Origin: Chthonomonas sp. UBA2017
GTDB taxonomy: Bacteria; Armatimonadota; Fimbriimonadia; Fimbriimonadales; Fimbriimonadaceae
DNA: 64,000 nt
Assembly: GCA_002335425.1 (NCBI GenBank)
Contig: DDCB01000036.1
Location: forward strand, 11,470-75,469
Direction of reading: 5' to 3'
Under the pieces are notes generated by a model. It had not been told where the DNA came from, made no database searches, and worked only from the letters and a program-made list of their open reading frames with translations. A program made the position numbers and the translations under genes. Positions 10,701-20,977 of the stretch are shown here, one piece after another (positions within the stretch are counted from its first letter, which is position 1; every line of letters starts with the position of its first letter).

Positions 10701-11338
10701 TCGCCACGAATCCGGGAAAAGTTGGTGCCGACTCCGCTGCCGTACTTGAAGATGCGGGCTTCGCGGGTCCAGAGGTCCATGATCCCACCTTCGTTGACCA
10801 GGTCGTCCTTAACGCTGAGGATAAAGCAGGCGTGGGGTTGAGGTCGCTCGTATGCGTTTTTGCTGCGGGTCAGCTCTTGGGTTTTCGGATCGACGTAGTA
10901 GTGGCCTTGGGGGACTCCCTCGATGCCGTAGGCAAAGTGGAGACCGGTGTTAAACCACTGAGGGCTGTTCGGAGCGGCGATTTGACGCGCCAACATGTGG
11001 GCGACCTCGTCATAAAACGCCTCGGCATCGGCGGCCGAGTCGAAGTACCCGTTCGATTCGCCCCAATGCCTCCAGCAACCGGCCAATCGGTGGAAAACTT
11101 GCCTCGAATCGGTTTCTCCTCCCAGCGATCCGTCGGCCTGAGGAACCCCGGCTTTGCGGAAATACTTCTGGGCCAGGATGTCGGTCGCCACTTGCGACCA
11201 CGTTGAAGGGACCATCACTTGGTCCATCTCGAAAACCCGAGAGCCGTCGGGATTGCGAATCTCGCTCCTTCGTGGCTCGAAATCAATACCCGAGTACGGG
11301 CCTTCCCCGGCCCGCGAGAAATAACGTTGAACTTTCAT
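7760..11338 (-). CDS. nrdJ: adenosylcobalamin-dependent (class II) ribonucleotide reductase with C-terminal zinc-ribbon tail
   Basis: 1192 aa with the RNR active-site loop [25 protein letters not shown] long Pro/Ala linker is followed by [22 protein letters not shown]. Confidence 0.9.
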   Translation of the reverse strand: MKVQRYFSRAGEGPYSGIDFEPRRSEIRNPDGSRVFEMDQVMVPSTWSQVATDILAQKYFRKAGVPQADGSLGGETDSRQVFHRLAGCWRHWGESNGYFDSAADAEAFYDEVAHMLARQIAAPNSPQWFNTGLHFAYGIEGVPQGHYYVDPKTQELTRSKNAYERPQPHACFILSVKDDLVNEGGIMDLWTREARIFKYGSGVGTNFSRIRGENENLSGGGKSSGLMSFLRVGDRSAGAIKSGGTTRRAAKMVCLDVDHPDIEAFVKWKVVEEQKVASLVTGSQLNQRHLNAVIQACHKGLEAPEAEADKFNPRKNPALFRAIAEAKAAQISPNYIQRAIQLAENGATAIEFPTYDTGYESEAYNTVSGQNSNNSVRLSNEYLQAVEADAEWELKARTDGRVTKRIRARDLWEDIVYSAWASADPGTQYDTTINEWHTCPADGRINASNPCSEYMFLDDTACNLASINLVTLYDPQTGQFDVEGYRHAIRLWTMVLEISVLMAQFPSKEIAQLSYDFRTLGLGYANLGALLMQMAIPYDSPQGFAIAGSLTAILGGESYACSAEMARELGPFSGYARNKESMLRVIRNHRRAAYNAPASQYEGLEITPVGIDPDECPTELLKAAREAWDQAHSLGEAHGYRNAQVTVLAPTGTIGLIMDCDTTGIEPDFALVKFKKLAGGGYFKIINQSLPIALERLGYQTEQIEDIVAYAVGRKSLIGSPAIHPESLKAKGFTQEALDKVERSLESAFELPFVFNRYTLGDDFCRDYLGLTDDQINDWSFNMLEALGFSKDEIRQANAYVCGTLTIEGAPHLKLEHYPVFDCANKCGSEGKRFIQYEGHIRMMAAAQPFLSGAISKTINLPSEASLEDIEKAYLLSWQLALKANALYRDGSKLSQPLNSAVDDAAAAILEASLEGATAESPQIAAAKQLVYRYIAKRRQMPARRRGYTQKARVGGHKVYIRTGEYEDGSLGEIFVDMHREGAAFRSLMNCFAIAVSLGLQYGVPLEEFVEAFVFTRFEPNGSVTGHENIKMSTSVIDYIFRELALSYLDRTDLVQVKPEDLRGDAMGSPAQRPDFEAEEEGAVVDGHVPGTSRHHDEARGYRKPTGPAEAAPTAWLASPTPSAPVDLVAIAPPSAVAPTMVPGSAKLEAQLHEARVKGYEGEACKECGSFTLVRNGVCLKCNTCGATSGCS

Positions 11339-11892
11339 AATGAACTCCTCCCTGATCCCACGGCCTCGTCTTTGTCTCGAAGGGGTGGCGTGGCACGCAA
11401 AGGGGCATCTGCCCCCGAAATTCGACTCTTAGCTTTCGACCCCGCGGTGGAAAGCGATTCGACGATCTCGCGAAACTCAGCAACTGTTTGAAAGTCGCGA
11501 TAAACGCTGGCAAAGCGAACCCAAGCGACCGCATCCAGGCCCAACAAAGCCTCCAGAACCCGTTCCCCCACGTGCTCTGATTCGACTTCATCTTCGAGCT
11601 CCTGAAGAAGGTCTTGCTCGATCCGACACGCCATAGCGCGGAGCTGCTCGACCGAAATCGGCCGCTTCCGACACGCGATTCGCATGCCGTCAAAGATCTT
11701 CTCCCGGTCGAAGTCTTCGCGAGTCCCGTCCCGCTTCACCACAAACAAGCGGGGACGCTCCGGCTCCTCAAAGGTGGTGAACCGGCGATCGCAGTGACAA
11801 CACTCCCGGCGCCGCCGAATCGCCGAGCCATCCCGAGCGGCTCGAGAATCGAGCACGCGCTGTTCGGAGTGGCCGCAATAGGGACAAGTCAT
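11335..11892 (-). CDS. nrdR: transcriptional repressor NrdR (with ~35-aa C-terminal extension)
   Basis: ATG 11892 gives [29 protein letters not shown] (zinc ribbon) followed by an ATP-cone. Its stop overlaps the nrdJ ATG (ATGA at 11335-11338). The track start at 11937 was rejected. Confidence 0.9.
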   Translation of the reverse strand: MTCPYCGHSEQRVLDSRAARDGSAIRRRRECCHCDRRFTTFEEPERPRLFVVKRDGTREDFDREKIFDGMRIACRKRPISVEQLRAMACRIEQDLLQELEDEVESEHVGERVLEALLGLDAVAWVRFASVYRDFQTVAEFREIVESLSTAGSKAKSRISGADAPLRATPPLRDKDEAVGSGRSSL

Positions 11893-11962
11893 TTGGGGAG
11901 TGATCCTCGCTCTTCCACCCCACGACACGATGTCCATATCTTGGGGCTGACCAGAGTGTACA

Positions 11963-11978
11963 ACACAACCGGTTGTAT
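11963..11978. promoter_or_regulatory. candidate NrdR-box-like palindrome upstream of nrdR
   Basis: The sequence is acacaaccggttgtat. The core acaacc|ggttgt (11965-11976) is a perfect 12-bp palindrome. The arms ACACAA/TTGTAT resemble the NrdR-box arms ACACwA/TwGTGT, but the centre does not match. Confidence 0.25.
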
Positions 11979-12324
11979 GTCAAGGGTTTTTTTATCCACA
12001 GGTTTTCCCTGGAGATGATGGCGAGTTTTCCCCATTCGGGGCCCCGCACCTTTCGGCCCTTGGTCCGGATCAACCGGCCGAGAGACGCATCGGTCCAGAC
12101 GGGCCCTACCGAGGAAACGATTCCGAAGAGGAGCAAATTGTAAAGATTGGTCAGAAAATGGGCATCCAAATCGAGTGGTCTCGTCGTACAATAGAAAAAA
12201 TACGCGCGAAAAGTCATCAGGCTGGGCCCGAGATGGGATAACCTCAGACCCCCTGAGACGTCAGAATTCGTATTGAAGACCCGTTCTTCCGACAGATCCC
12301 GATCTTCAAAGTAGATAAGGTGCA

Positions 12325-14952
12325 ATGATCATGAGCCAAGACAACATTTCAACAGTCGGTCCCGCCTCGGGTCGACGGAGCTGGTGGGGAGCCCTTGCGG
12401 TTGTTGCCCTCGGCCTCGTCGGGACGTTCGGGACGGCCTCGGCCCAGTCCGGCAATAACGACGCCGAGCTTCGCCGACTCGCCCTCGTTTATAGCCAACA
12501 GGCGACCGCCGATTATCAACAAGCCGTCGCCTGGGCGACCTTTAACAATTGGCCGATCGAGCACACCCTGCCGAACGGTAGCCTCGCCCGCATCGTCGCC
12601 GTGCGCAACGGTAAGCCGATTTACCACGTGATGCGCGACCTCCAAACCGCCGCCACGATCACCGCGAACGCCGTTTGGCCGGGCGGGAGCCTGGGTCTTT
12701 CGCTAACTGGCGTCAATACTCGCCTCGGAATCTGGGACGACGGACTGCCGACCCACCCGGAATTCGGCAACCGCGTAACCTCACCGGACAACACAACTCA
12801 GCCTGGATTCCACTCGACCGGAGTCGCCGGTATGATGGCCGCGGGCGGAGTCAATCCGACGGCCCGAGGCATGGCGTACCAAAGCCGGATCGACGCCTAC
12901 AACACGAACAACAACTATTCCGAAATCGCCACCGCCGCAACCAATGGGCTTCGGTTCTCCAACCACTCTTATGGCGCAGCGTTCGGTTGGGTCTTTGGCG
13001 GAGCGGGGGACAACCGCTGGGCCTGGTTCGGCGATCCGGCCGTGAGTCAAACGATCGACTGGCAATGGGGCGCGTACCTGGAAGGCTCGCGCATCTATGA
13101 CAATATCGCCTTTAACGCCCCCATGCACCTGATGGTGATGGCCATTGGGAACCAACGGGGCGACGGACCCGCCGCGGGCACCGAGCACTGGGTGTGGCAA
13201 AACAACAACTGGACGCTCAGCACCACGACGCGGGAGCGAAACGGAGGGACCACGGGGTTCGACAGCACCCCAGGGGACACCACCTCGAAGAACATCCTCG
13301 TCGTCAGCGCTTGCTTCCCCTTGCCGGGCGGATACACCGGACCGGGCAGCATCGTCCCGGTTGGCTTTAGCTGCTGGGGTCCGACCGATGATGGCCGGAT
13401 CAAGCCCGACGTCACGGCTCCTGGAATCAACCTCTTCCTGCCGGTAGTCGGAGGCGGTTATGAGAACGGAGGCGGCGGAACGTCTTACTCCTCTCCGGCG
13501 GTCGCAGGGGCCCTCGGACTCCTGAACGACTACTATCGACTCATCAAGGGCCAAGACATGAGCTCGGCGATGGCTCGAGGCCTCGTTGCGATTTCGGCCA
13601 ATGAAGCGGGCCCAGCTCCCGGACCGGACTACATGTTCGGTTGGGGCGTCATGAATACCGAGGGCGCGGCGAAGATGATCGGCGCAGGATCGAACGTGCT
13701 CGAAATGCGGACGCTGACCCAAGGTCAAACGCTCAACATTCCGATGCCGATTGCCAAGTCGGGACCGGTCCGAGTCGCGATCTCTTGGACGGATCCTGCC
13801 GGGACCACAAGCACCCCTGCCCTGAACAACACGGCCGCCAAGCTCGTCAACGACCTGGACGTTCGATTGATTCGAGAATCGGATCAAACCGTCTTCCAGC
13901 CGTGGACCCTCGGCGGGGTGACCAACCCCGGCGCTGCGGCGACCCCCGGCGACAATACCGTCGATAATGTCGAAGTGATTCAGATCAACAACGCGGTGCC
14001 CGGGAACTATACGTTGCGGATCACGCACAAGGGTGCCAACCTCGCTCCGAGCGGAAGCCAAGCCTTTGCGTTGATCGTAGATCGCCCTGCCTCGGACGGG
14101 ATTCGAGACTTCGTCATCGATCCGGCCGACACCGTCGGCGGCACGGTCTTGAATGCTCAGCTTTCGCTGATCAAACCGGCCGAGGAAGACACCCCGGTGA
14201 CGATCTCGACCAGCAACTCGAGCGTCATCACCCTGCCCCCGAATCTCGTGATTCAAGCGGGCAAAGACTCGATCACCTTTGACATCCCGACTCGCACCGT
14301 GTCTCGAACAACCACGGCCACGATCAACGTGATCGCCGCCGGCGACAGCAAGGCCCAACAGATCACGCTGCGCCCGATGGGTGTCGGAAGCGTTTCGGTG
14401 AACCCGATCAGCGTTGTCGGCGGAACGAACGTCACCGGAACGGTCACACTGAACTCGCCCGCACCTCCGGGTGGCGCCTCGGTCAACCTGCTGACGTCAA
14501 ATTCCTCGGCCGCAAGAACCACGCGTAACTGGATCTTGATCCCCGAAGGCGCCACCGAAGGCATCTTCGCGATCACCACGTCACCTGTCCTCAACAGCGC
14601 CGATGTCGTGGTGACCGCGTTCCGCGGTGAAACTTCGGCGACGGCCCCACTTGGAGTTCGTGCCCCCGGCCTGCTCGCCACAACGCCGCTCTCGGCAACC
14701 GTGCGATCTCGCGGCTCGGTTCGGTTGAACTTCGCCCTCGATGGCGTCGCGCCGTCAGCGGGAGCGTTTATTGCCCTTGCGTCGAACAACCGGTCGGTGA
14801 TTTCCACTCCGGCTGGCGTGAGCATCGCTCGGGGCCTCCGAACGGGCTCGGTGACCCTGACGGCGGGCTCGGTCAACCGAAACACGACCGTGCGCATCCG
14901 AGTCACTCGCCTCAACGTCACCCAAGACGTCGTGCTCACGGTCACTCCGTAA
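12325..14952 (+). CDS. secreted subtilisin-like (S8) serine protease with three C-terminal repeat domains
   Basis: Signal peptide WWGALAVVALGLVGTFGTASA. His motif HSTGVAGMMAAGG and Ser motif GTSYSSPAVAGALGLL. The C-terminal ~280 aa form three related ~90-aa modules. Confidence 0.85.
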   Translation: MIMSQDNISTVGPASGRRSWWGALAVVALGLVGTFGTASAQSGNNDAELRRLALVYSQQATADYQQAVAWATFNNWPIEHTLPNGSLARIVAVRNGKPIYHVMRDLQTAATITANAVWPGGSLGLSLTGVNTRLGIWDDGLPTHPEFGNRVTSPDNTTQPGFHSTGVAGMMAAGGVNPTARGMAYQSRIDAYNTNNNYSEIATAATNGLRFSNHSYGAAFGWVFGGAGDNRWAWFGDPAVSQTIDWQWGAYLEGSRIYDNIAFNAPMHLMVMAIGNQRGDGPAAGTEHWVWQNNNWTLSTTTRERNGGTTGFDSTPGDTTSKNILVVSACFPLPGGYTGPGSIVPVGFSCWGPTDDGRIKPDVTAPGINLFLPVVGGGYENGGGGTSYSSPAVAGALGLLNDYYRLIKGQDMSSAMARGLVAISANEAGPAPGPDYMFGWGVMNTEGAAKMIGAGSNVLEMRTLTQGQTLNIPMPIAKSGPVRVAISWTDPAGTTSTPALNNTAAKLVNDLDVRLIRESDQTVFQPWTLGGVTNPGAAATPGDNTVDNVEVIQINNAVPGNYTLRITHKGANLAPSGSQAFALIVDRPASDGIRDFVIDPADTVGGTVLNAQLSLIKPAEEDTPVTISTSNSSVITLPPNLVIQAGKDSITFDIPTRTVSRTTTATINVIAAGDSKAQQITLRPMGVGSVSVNPISVVGGTNVTGTVTLNSPAPPGGASVNLLTSNSSAARTTRNWILIPEGATEGIFAITTSPVLNSADVVVTAFRGETSATAPLGVRAPGLLATTPLSATVRSRGSVRLNFALDGVAPSAGAFIALASNNRSVISTPAGVSIARGLRTGSVTLTAGSVNRNTTVRIRVTRLNVTQDVVLTVTP

Positions 14953-14973
14953 CGCGGCGGACGCACCATCAAC

Positions 14974-15018
14974 ATTGGGCCTGGCTCGGAAATCCGAGCC
15001 AGGCCCAATTCTATTTTT
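14974..15018 (+). terminator. rho-independent terminator (between convergent genes)
   Basis: Perfect 16-bp stem attgggcctggctcgg/ccgagccaggcccaat with loop aaat, followed by tctattttt. Confidence 0.75.
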
Positions 15019-15033
15019 GGTCGATCGAAGTAA

Positions 15034-15687
15034 CTAGAACCTGACGCCGATCATCCAAGCTGGCCGACTCATCTTGATCAGATAGAGCCCGCCAAAGAAT
15101 CGGTCTTTTTGGCCGATCAAGAAGACGTGAGCTTCGTGCCCATCGTGCTGAAATCCGAGCGTGAGCTTCTGGTCGAACGTCACCTTGAATCCCCCTAGCG
15201 GGTGGGCATGGTTTTCGTTCGAACGGAATCCAACACCCACATACCCCACGGCCTGCCAATCGCCAGTTCCGTAGCCCTTTTCGAAGCTCAGGGAATAACC
15301 CGGATTCCCGGTGCCGATCCCTTGGACGCCGACCGACGCATTCACCGAAGGAAACCAGTCGGTCTCGGGCGAGAGCTGCACCGAGGCCAGATAACGCAGA
15401 GCGTTTTGCCGCCCGAGGTGAGCCAACCCGAGCTGCAGGCGAGGCGAGACTTGGTACCACAAGAACGTCTCTGCCTCGGTCTTCGTGAACGGGGCAAAAA
15501 CTGTATTCATCGTGAACCGCGAGTTAGGAGCTGAACCAGCCCCAAAGCCTCCAGCGACTCACAGCGGACAACGGGCTTCGCCTGGCCGAGTCGTCTCTGC
15601 GGGTGGATCCTCTGAAGCCTGAGCGGCTACCAAGGTGAATCCGATCGCGAGAGTGACTCCGAGCGAAATGAACTTTTGAACTCCCAT
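15034..15687 (-). pseudogene. outer-membrane beta-barrel-like protein gene interrupted by an in-frame TGA (alternative: intact shorter CDS 15034-15510)
   Basis: ATG 15687 encodes signal peptide MGVQKFISLGVTLAIGFTLVAAQA, then 18 more codons, then TGA at 15559-15561. The same frame continues into the 158-aa ORF, which has alternating beta-strand patterns and ends ..MIGVRF. Confidence 0.45.
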
Positions 15688-15737
15688 ATTTCCCTCTTCG
15701 CCGCCCGGCGGTCAGATTCCTGGGTCGGCTCAACGAA

Positions 15738-15822
<85 letters not shown>

Positions 15823-15938
15823 GATTCGACCAATATACCTAGTTCAATTCCCTGTACCAAGAATTGTTGACATGCAGTTGCATCAGTCGAACCGAATATG
15901 TTTTCTGTATGCGCTTTGAGCGCAAGGGTTGAACACAA

Positions 15939-17885
15939 ATGGGTTGGATCACACGATTTAGTATTCGAACACGCCTGCTGGCGGGCTTTGCCATCTGCAT
16001 CCTTTTTGCCGGGGTCATGTTTGCCGCCAGCGTCATCAAGATCAATGGCATGCGCGCCACGTATGAAGATATCGCCGGAAATCGCTTTAAGGCGTTCAAA
16101 GGCGCGGCCGAAGCCAATGAGTACATCGCCGTCACTCGGGGACATTTGGTCGCCATGCTCGACGAGCACCTCAAACCGAGTCTTCGATCGACCGAAATGA
16201 CGGGCCTTGAAAAAGCCTGGTCGAATCTCGATTCCTCACTCAAAGAGTATGCCGACGTGCCGAAGCAGGCTGCGGGGGTTCAGTTGGAAGAAGAGGTGAT
16301 GGCCGCCATCAAGTCGTGGCGAGAGTCGGCAAATCGAACAGTCGCACTCATTCAAGAGAGAAAGTTTGATCAAGCCGCCACGTTCTTCTTCGGATCGGCC
16401 CTTGAAAACTTCCAAGCCGCGGACAGCAAACTGACCGCCGCCAAAGACCGCAACTTGCAGTTGAAAAACCAAGGCGTTGCCGCGGCGGCGGCCCAATCCG
16501 ACGAAGCCCGTCGGAATTCGGCCATCCTCTTCGGCGTCATCTTGATCCTCGGTGTCGGCGTCGCGCTCTTTTCTGCGAATGCGATCTGTCGTCCGCTCCG
16601 CGGAGTCGGAGACACTTTGGCGAAGGTCGCTCAGGGTGACCTCGTCGTTCGAGTCGAGGTCAACGGCCAGGACGAAATCGCTCAAATGAGCGAGTCGATC
16701 AACCACTCGCTCGATACGCTCTCGGACACCATGGGCGTGGTCATCTCCTCGGCTGCCTCGACGTCGGCGGCGGCTGGAGACTTGGCCCGAACCTCGAACG
16801 AACTCGGCGAGGCCTCCACGCAGATCAGCCAGACCGTCGAGCAGATCGCCCATGGCGCGACTCAGCTCGCCGAGAGCATGAACCAAAGCGAGTCGGCATC
16901 CACCAACCTCCGAACGCTGATCCAGGGTGTGAACTCGACATCGATGGCGCAGATCGCTCAGCTCCGCGAAGCCACTCAATCGGTACGAGATGTGGTCGAA
17001 GCGATCCGCTCGGCTTCCGAAAGTGCGGGCCTTGCCTCGACCGAAGCCGCCAGCGCCGAATCTGCCGCAACTCAAGGGTCGGCGACGGTGGCTTCTTGCA
17101 TCGAAGGGATGCAACGCATCCAACAAACCAACGCCGACGCGGCGAGAATGATCTCCACGCTCGGCACCGAAAGCCAAAAAATCTCGACGATCATCGAAGC
17201 GATTGACGACATCGCCGCGCAGACGAACTTGCTCGCGCTGAATGCGGCGATCGAGGCCGCCCGCGCGGGTGAGCATGGACGGGGCTTTGCTGTCGTTGCC
17301 GATGAGGTGCGCAAACTCGCCGAGCGCTCCAGCACCCAAACCCAAGAGATCGCCGCGCTGATTCAAACCATCCAGAAGCTGACCGAGGACGCCGTCCAAG
17401 CCACCGAAGCCAGCACGCTCGAAGTCGAACAAGGCGTCAGCCTCGTCAACCAGGCGGGCAACGCCCTCGACCAGATCCAGTCGTCGGTCGCGCAGTCCGT
17501 GGGCCAGATTGCTCAGGTTTCTGAGGCCGCCAACGCCATCGATCGCCGCTCTTCGGCTGTCCTCGAAATCTTCGAAGAGCTGGTTGAAGCGAACTCTCGA
17601 AGCCTCAAGGAGTTGGAGCAGATGACCACGGTCTCCGACCAAGTGTCGGCTTCGGTCTCGGATGCGAGCGCGGTCAGCCAAGAGACTGCCGCCGGCACCG
17701 AAGAGGTGTCCGCGAGCATCGAAGAGCAGGCCGCCGGAATCCAAGAGATGGCCGCCAGTGCCGAAATGCTGGAGCAAGTCGCCCGAGAACTCGCCCAAGC
17801 CACCGGACGATTTCGGTTCGAAGAGCGGCGCAAGAAGCCGCGACTTGAGTCCGAGACTGGCAACTCTTACCGCCAAGCCGCTTAA
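15939..17885 (+). CDS. methyl-accepting chemotaxis protein (TM-sensor-TM-HAMP-signalling domain)
   Basis: Contains the conserved MCP hairpin tip [34 protein letters not shown]. There is an N-terminal TM helix and a second TM helix followed by HAMP ([18 protein letters not shown]). Confidence 0.9.
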   Translation: MGWITRFSIRTRLLAGFAICILFAGVMFAASVIKINGMRATYEDIAGNRFKAFKGAAEANEYIAVTRGHLVAMLDEHLKPSLRSTEMTGLEKAWSNLDSSLKEYADVPKQAAGVQLEEEVMAAIKSWRESANRTVALIQERKFDQAATFFFGSALENFQAADSKLTAAKDRNLQLKNQGVAAAAAQSDEARRNSAILFGVILILGVGVALFSANAICRPLRGVGDTLAKVAQGDLVVRVEVNGQDEIAQMSESINHSLDTLSDTMGVVISSAASTSAAAGDLARTSNELGEASTQISQTVEQIAHGATQLAESMNQSESASTNLRTLIQGVNSTSMAQIAQLREATQSVRDVVEAIRSASESAGLASTEAASAESAATQGSATVASCIEGMQRIQQTNADAARMISTLGTESQKISTIIEAIDDIAAQTNLLALNAAIEAARAGEHGRGFAVVADEVRKLAERSSTQTQEIAALIQTIQKLTEDAVQATEASTLEVEQGVSLVNQAGNALDQIQSSVAQSVGQIAQVSEAANAIDRRSSAVLEIFEELVEANSRSLKELEQMTTVSDQVSASVSDASAVSQETAAGTEEVSASIEEQAAGIQEMAASAEMLEQVARELAQATGRFRFEERRKKPRLESETGNSYRQAA

Positions 17886-17913
17886 CGTCCTCCACCTCCT
17901 CACCCCACCCCAA

Positions 17914-17947
17914 GGCGCCGCTCGGTCTCACCCGACCGAGCGGCGCC
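17914..17947 (+). terminator. hairpin downstream of the MCP gene (no U-tract)
   Basis: Perfect 14-bp stem ggcgccgctcggtc/gaccgagcggcgcc with loop tcaccc. Confidence 0.5.
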
Positions 17948-18025
17948 CGAACTTGGCCAGACCGACTTTGCCGAGCCAAAAAAGGTATCCTAGACGGTGC
18001 CATCGGGCCCAGAAATCTGGGCCCG

Positions 18026-20230
18026 ATGGTTCGTCGGACCGGAGAGCCGGGCCGAAACAGGATGTTGAATCGGATGCCAAAGAATGTCTGTGTGATCGGA
18101 GCCGGGACCATGGGAAGCGGAATCGCCGCCCACCTGGCCAACCTCGGATTTCAAGTTTCCCTGCTCGATCTCACGCCCGAAAGCACGCGAGCAGCCTTTG
18201 AGCGCGCCACCAAGGCCCGGCCGCCTCATTTTTTTGTTCCGGAGACGGCGCACCAGATTCGCCTGGGCTCCATTCGCGACGACCTGAACTGGGTGAGCGA
18301 AGCAGATTGGGTTTGCGAAGCCATCATCGAGAAGCTTGACGCCAAGCAGAACCTCTTCGCCCAGATCGACCCGCTCTTGAGGCCCGATGCCATGATCAGC
18401 ACCAACACGAGTGGCCTGCAGATCAGCTTGCTTTCCGAGGGCCGAAGCGAGTCGTTCCGACGCCGATTTCTCGGCACACATTTTTTCAATCCGCCCCGAT
18501 ATTTGAAGCTGCTGGAGCTGATTCCGACCCCCGAAACCGACCCGAACGAAGTCCGCAAGATCACGCAGTTTCTCGAAGACGAGGCCGCCCGGCGAGTCGT
18601 CTTGGCCAAAGACACACCGGGCTTCATCGCGAACCGTTTCGGCATGTGGGCTATGATCCATGCCATCCACGTGGCTGAAAAGCTCCAACTGACGGTCGAA
18701 CAAGTCGATGCCATTTGTGGCCCTTTCCTGGGCCGACCGCGCTCGGCGGCGTTTCGACTGAACGACATCGTCGGGCTGGACATCATGGAGGACATCGCTC
18801 GGAATCTGCGAGAGCGATGCCCCGAGGACCCCTATCGCGGCTCGCTCGAGCCTCCCAAGTCGCTTGCCACCCTGCTGGAGCGCGGCTGGATCGGAGAGAA
18901 ATCGGGCCAAGGCTACTACCGCCGCGAAGGCAAAGAACTGATGGCATTGGACCTCCATACGATGGCGTACCGCCAGCGGCAAGATGCCCAGTTCGCGAGC
19001 CTGGATGCGCTCGCCAAGAGGCCGCTCGGTGAACGGTTGGCTGAGGCCCTCGAAGGGCGCGACGAGGTCGGTGACTTTCTTCGAGAGCACCTCATTCCCG
19101 TGCTTCAATATGCCGACTATTTGAAGGCCGAAGTCAGCCACAACGTCCAAGACTTTGACCGGGTGATGATGTGGGGCTTTGGTTGGGAAACGGGACCCTT
19201 TGCGATGATCGATGCGATCGGAGCATCTCGATTGGGGATGGATATTCCCACCTATTATCTCGGCGATCAGATGCACGCTTATGCGGGCGGGATTCAACCC
19301 ATCCGCCAAGAACCTGAATACCAACCTTTGACGAATTATCCTCTCGAAAAGCAAGGCGAAGGTTTCAACGTTCGTGACCTGGGCGACGGAGTCAAGGCTC
19401 TTAGCTTGACGAGCAAAATGGGAGTTCTACACCCGAGCCTGATTCGAACGCTCCTGCAAGAAGTTTCCCAACTTTCAGAGCCGTTCTTGCTGACCTCAGA
19501 GGCCCGAAGTTTTTCAGCTGGATTCGATCTGAAATACGTCCTGGATGTCGTCGAGCGATCGGCATGGGAAGAGCTCGATGAAAACCTGAAAGTCTTGCAA
19601 GATCTTGCCGATCTGCTGGCAACCCGGCGCTGCGTCGCCGCGATCTTTGGTCACTGCCTCGGTGCCGGATTCGAGATCGCGACCGGATGCCCCATGATCG
19701 TCGCTCACCCCGACACCCAGATTGGCCTTCCTGAGGCCAAAGTTGGCCTCATTCCAGGAGGCTCAGGCACCGCACGCCTTCGATTGCGGCACGGATCAAC
19801 TGCCAAAGCCGCGCTTGACATCGTGACTCGATTGACCCAAGGTCTCGTCGCCGCGAATGCCGACGAAGCCCGAAAATTGGGTTACCTTCGTCCCACGGAT
19901 GTGACGGCCTATCACCCTGATCGACTCATCTGGGATGCGAAGAAACTTTTGCAGAGCAAGCCGCCCCAAAGTGAAGAAGTCTGGAGCCCAACTCCGGGCC
20001 CCTTGGCTGGAATGATTGACAATAAGCAAGAAGAGCTGAAAGCCAAAGGTGAGTTTTCGGACTATGACGAAACCATCGGCGACAGTATCAAGCAAGTTTT
20101 CTGTAAAGTCGCGGACTACGAAGAAGCTAAAGTTCGAGAGCGCGAAGTCTTCTTGAATTTAGTTCGATCCGCGCCCACACACTCTCGCATCCGACACATG
20201 TTAGAAACCGGAAAGCCTCTCAAAAACTAG
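18026..20230 (+). CDS. bifunctional 3-hydroxyacyl-CoA dehydrogenase / enoyl-CoA hydratase (FadN-like domain order)
   Basis: N-terminal Rossmann motif VCVIGAGTMGSGIAAHL. C-terminal crotonase fold (..SAGFDLKYV.., GHCLGAGFEIATGC). The start could be ATG 18062 or 18074. Confidence 0.85.
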   Translation: MVRRTGEPGRNRMLNRMPKNVCVIGAGTMGSGIAAHLANLGFQVSLLDLTPESTRAAFERATKARPPHFFVPETAHQIRLGSIRDDLNWVSEADWVCEAIIEKLDAKQNLFAQIDPLLRPDAMISTNTSGLQISLLSEGRSESFRRRFLGTHFFNPPRYLKLLELIPTPETDPNEVRKITQFLEDEAARRVVLAKDTPGFIANRFGMWAMIHAIHVAEKLQLTVEQVDAICGPFLGRPRSAAFRLNDIVGLDIMEDIARNLRERCPEDPYRGSLEPPKSLATLLERGWIGEKSGQGYYRREGKELMALDLHTMAYRQRQDAQFASLDALAKRPLGERLAEALEGRDEVGDFLREHLIPVLQYADYLKAEVSHNVQDFDRVMMWGFGWETGPFAMIDAIGASRLGMDIPTYYLGDQMHAYAGGIQPIRQEPEYQPLTNYPLEKQGEGFNVRDLGDGVKALSLTSKMGVLHPSLIRTLLQEVSQLSEPFLLTSEARSFSAGFDLKYVLDVVERSAWEELDENLKVLQDLADLLATRRCVAAIFGHCLGAGFEIATGCPMIVAHPDTQIGLPEAKVGLIPGGSGTARLRLRHGSTAKAALDIVTRLTQGLVAANADEARKLGYLRPTDVTAYHPDRLIWDAKKLLQSKPPQSEEVWSPTPGPLAGMIDNKQEELKAKGEFSDYDETIGDSIKQVFCKVADYEEAKVREREVFLNLVRSAPTHSRIRHMLETGKPLKN

Positions 20231-20233
20231 ACT

Positions 20234-20971
20234 ATGAAGATCCTTGTACCTTTGAAAAGAGTCATTGACCCTTATGCGAAAGTAAAGCCCCTCGGAGATG
20301 GTTCGGGCCTCGACCTGAGTGGAATTAAATTTGACATCAATCCCTTCGATGAAATCGCCGTCGAAGAAGCGGTCCGGATGAAAGAAAAAGATGGAAGCCA
20401 CGAGATCATCGTGGTCTCCATCGGCACCAGTGACTCCGAAGAGCAGTTGCGAAAGGCACTCGCCATCGGGGCGGATCGCGCCATTCTGATCGAAACCGAA
20501 CACATCTACGATTCGCTTGGCATTGCCCACGAACTCGAAGCAGTGGTCCGTGCAGAGAGTCCCGACCTCGTCCTGATGGGCAAGCAAGCGACCGATGACG
20601 ACAACAATCAAGCCGGCCAGATGCTCGCCGCGCGGCTGGGATGGCCCCAAGCCACCTTTGCTTCAAAGGTCGAAGCCGCGGGCACTCGGCTCCAGGTCAC
20701 CCGCGAAACCGACTCCGGCGAAGAGGTTCTCGAACTTCCCTTGCCGAGTCTTGTCACGGCCGATTTGCGACTCAACGAGCCCCGCTACATCGCCCTGCCC
20801 GGCATCATCAAAGCTCGATCCAAGCCGCTCGAAAAGCGTCCAGCCTCGGTGATGAGTTCGCCGAAAACTCGAACTGTCCGTTACGACGCGCCTCCGGCTC
20901 GGGCCGCGGGTCGCAAGGTCAGCTCAGTGGATGAGTTGGTCGCTGCGCTTCAAGAAAAGGGGGCTCTGTAA
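20234..20971 (+). CDS. etfB: electron transfer flavoprotein beta subunit
   Basis: Begins MKILVPLKRVIDPYAKVKP and contains the LVLMGKQATDDDNNQAGQMLA motif. Lies immediately upstream of etfA. Confidence 0.9.
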   Translation: MKILVPLKRVIDPYAKVKPLGDGSGLDLSGIKFDINPFDEIAVEEAVRMKEKDGSHEIIVVSIGTSDSEEQLRKALAIGADRAILIETEHIYDSLGIAHELEAVVRAESPDLVLMGKQATDDDNNQAGQMLAARLGWPQATFASKVEAAGTRLQVTRETDSGEEVLELPLPSLVTADLRLNEPRYIALPGIIKARSKPLEKRPASVMSSPKTRTVRYDAPPARAAGRKVSSVDELVAALQEKGAL

Positions 20972-20977
20972 ATTCTC

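Noticed and set aside
11339-11420. Cobalamin riboswitch upstream of the B12-dependent nrdJ.
   Set aside because: There is no leader at all, because the nrdJ ATG overlaps the nrdR stop.
15559-15561. Selenocysteine or a recoded TGA in the OMP-like gene.
   Set aside because: The context (..ARCPL-TGA-VAGG..) is not a redox motif. I see no obvious SECIS-like hairpin immediately downstream. TGA is used as an ordinary stop by many genes in the window.
15524-15733. 69-aa track ORF between the OMP-like gene and tRNA-Leu.
   Set aside because: It is Arg-rich junk in the wrong frame. The same DNA in another frame encodes a clean signal peptide in frame with the beta-barrel ORF.
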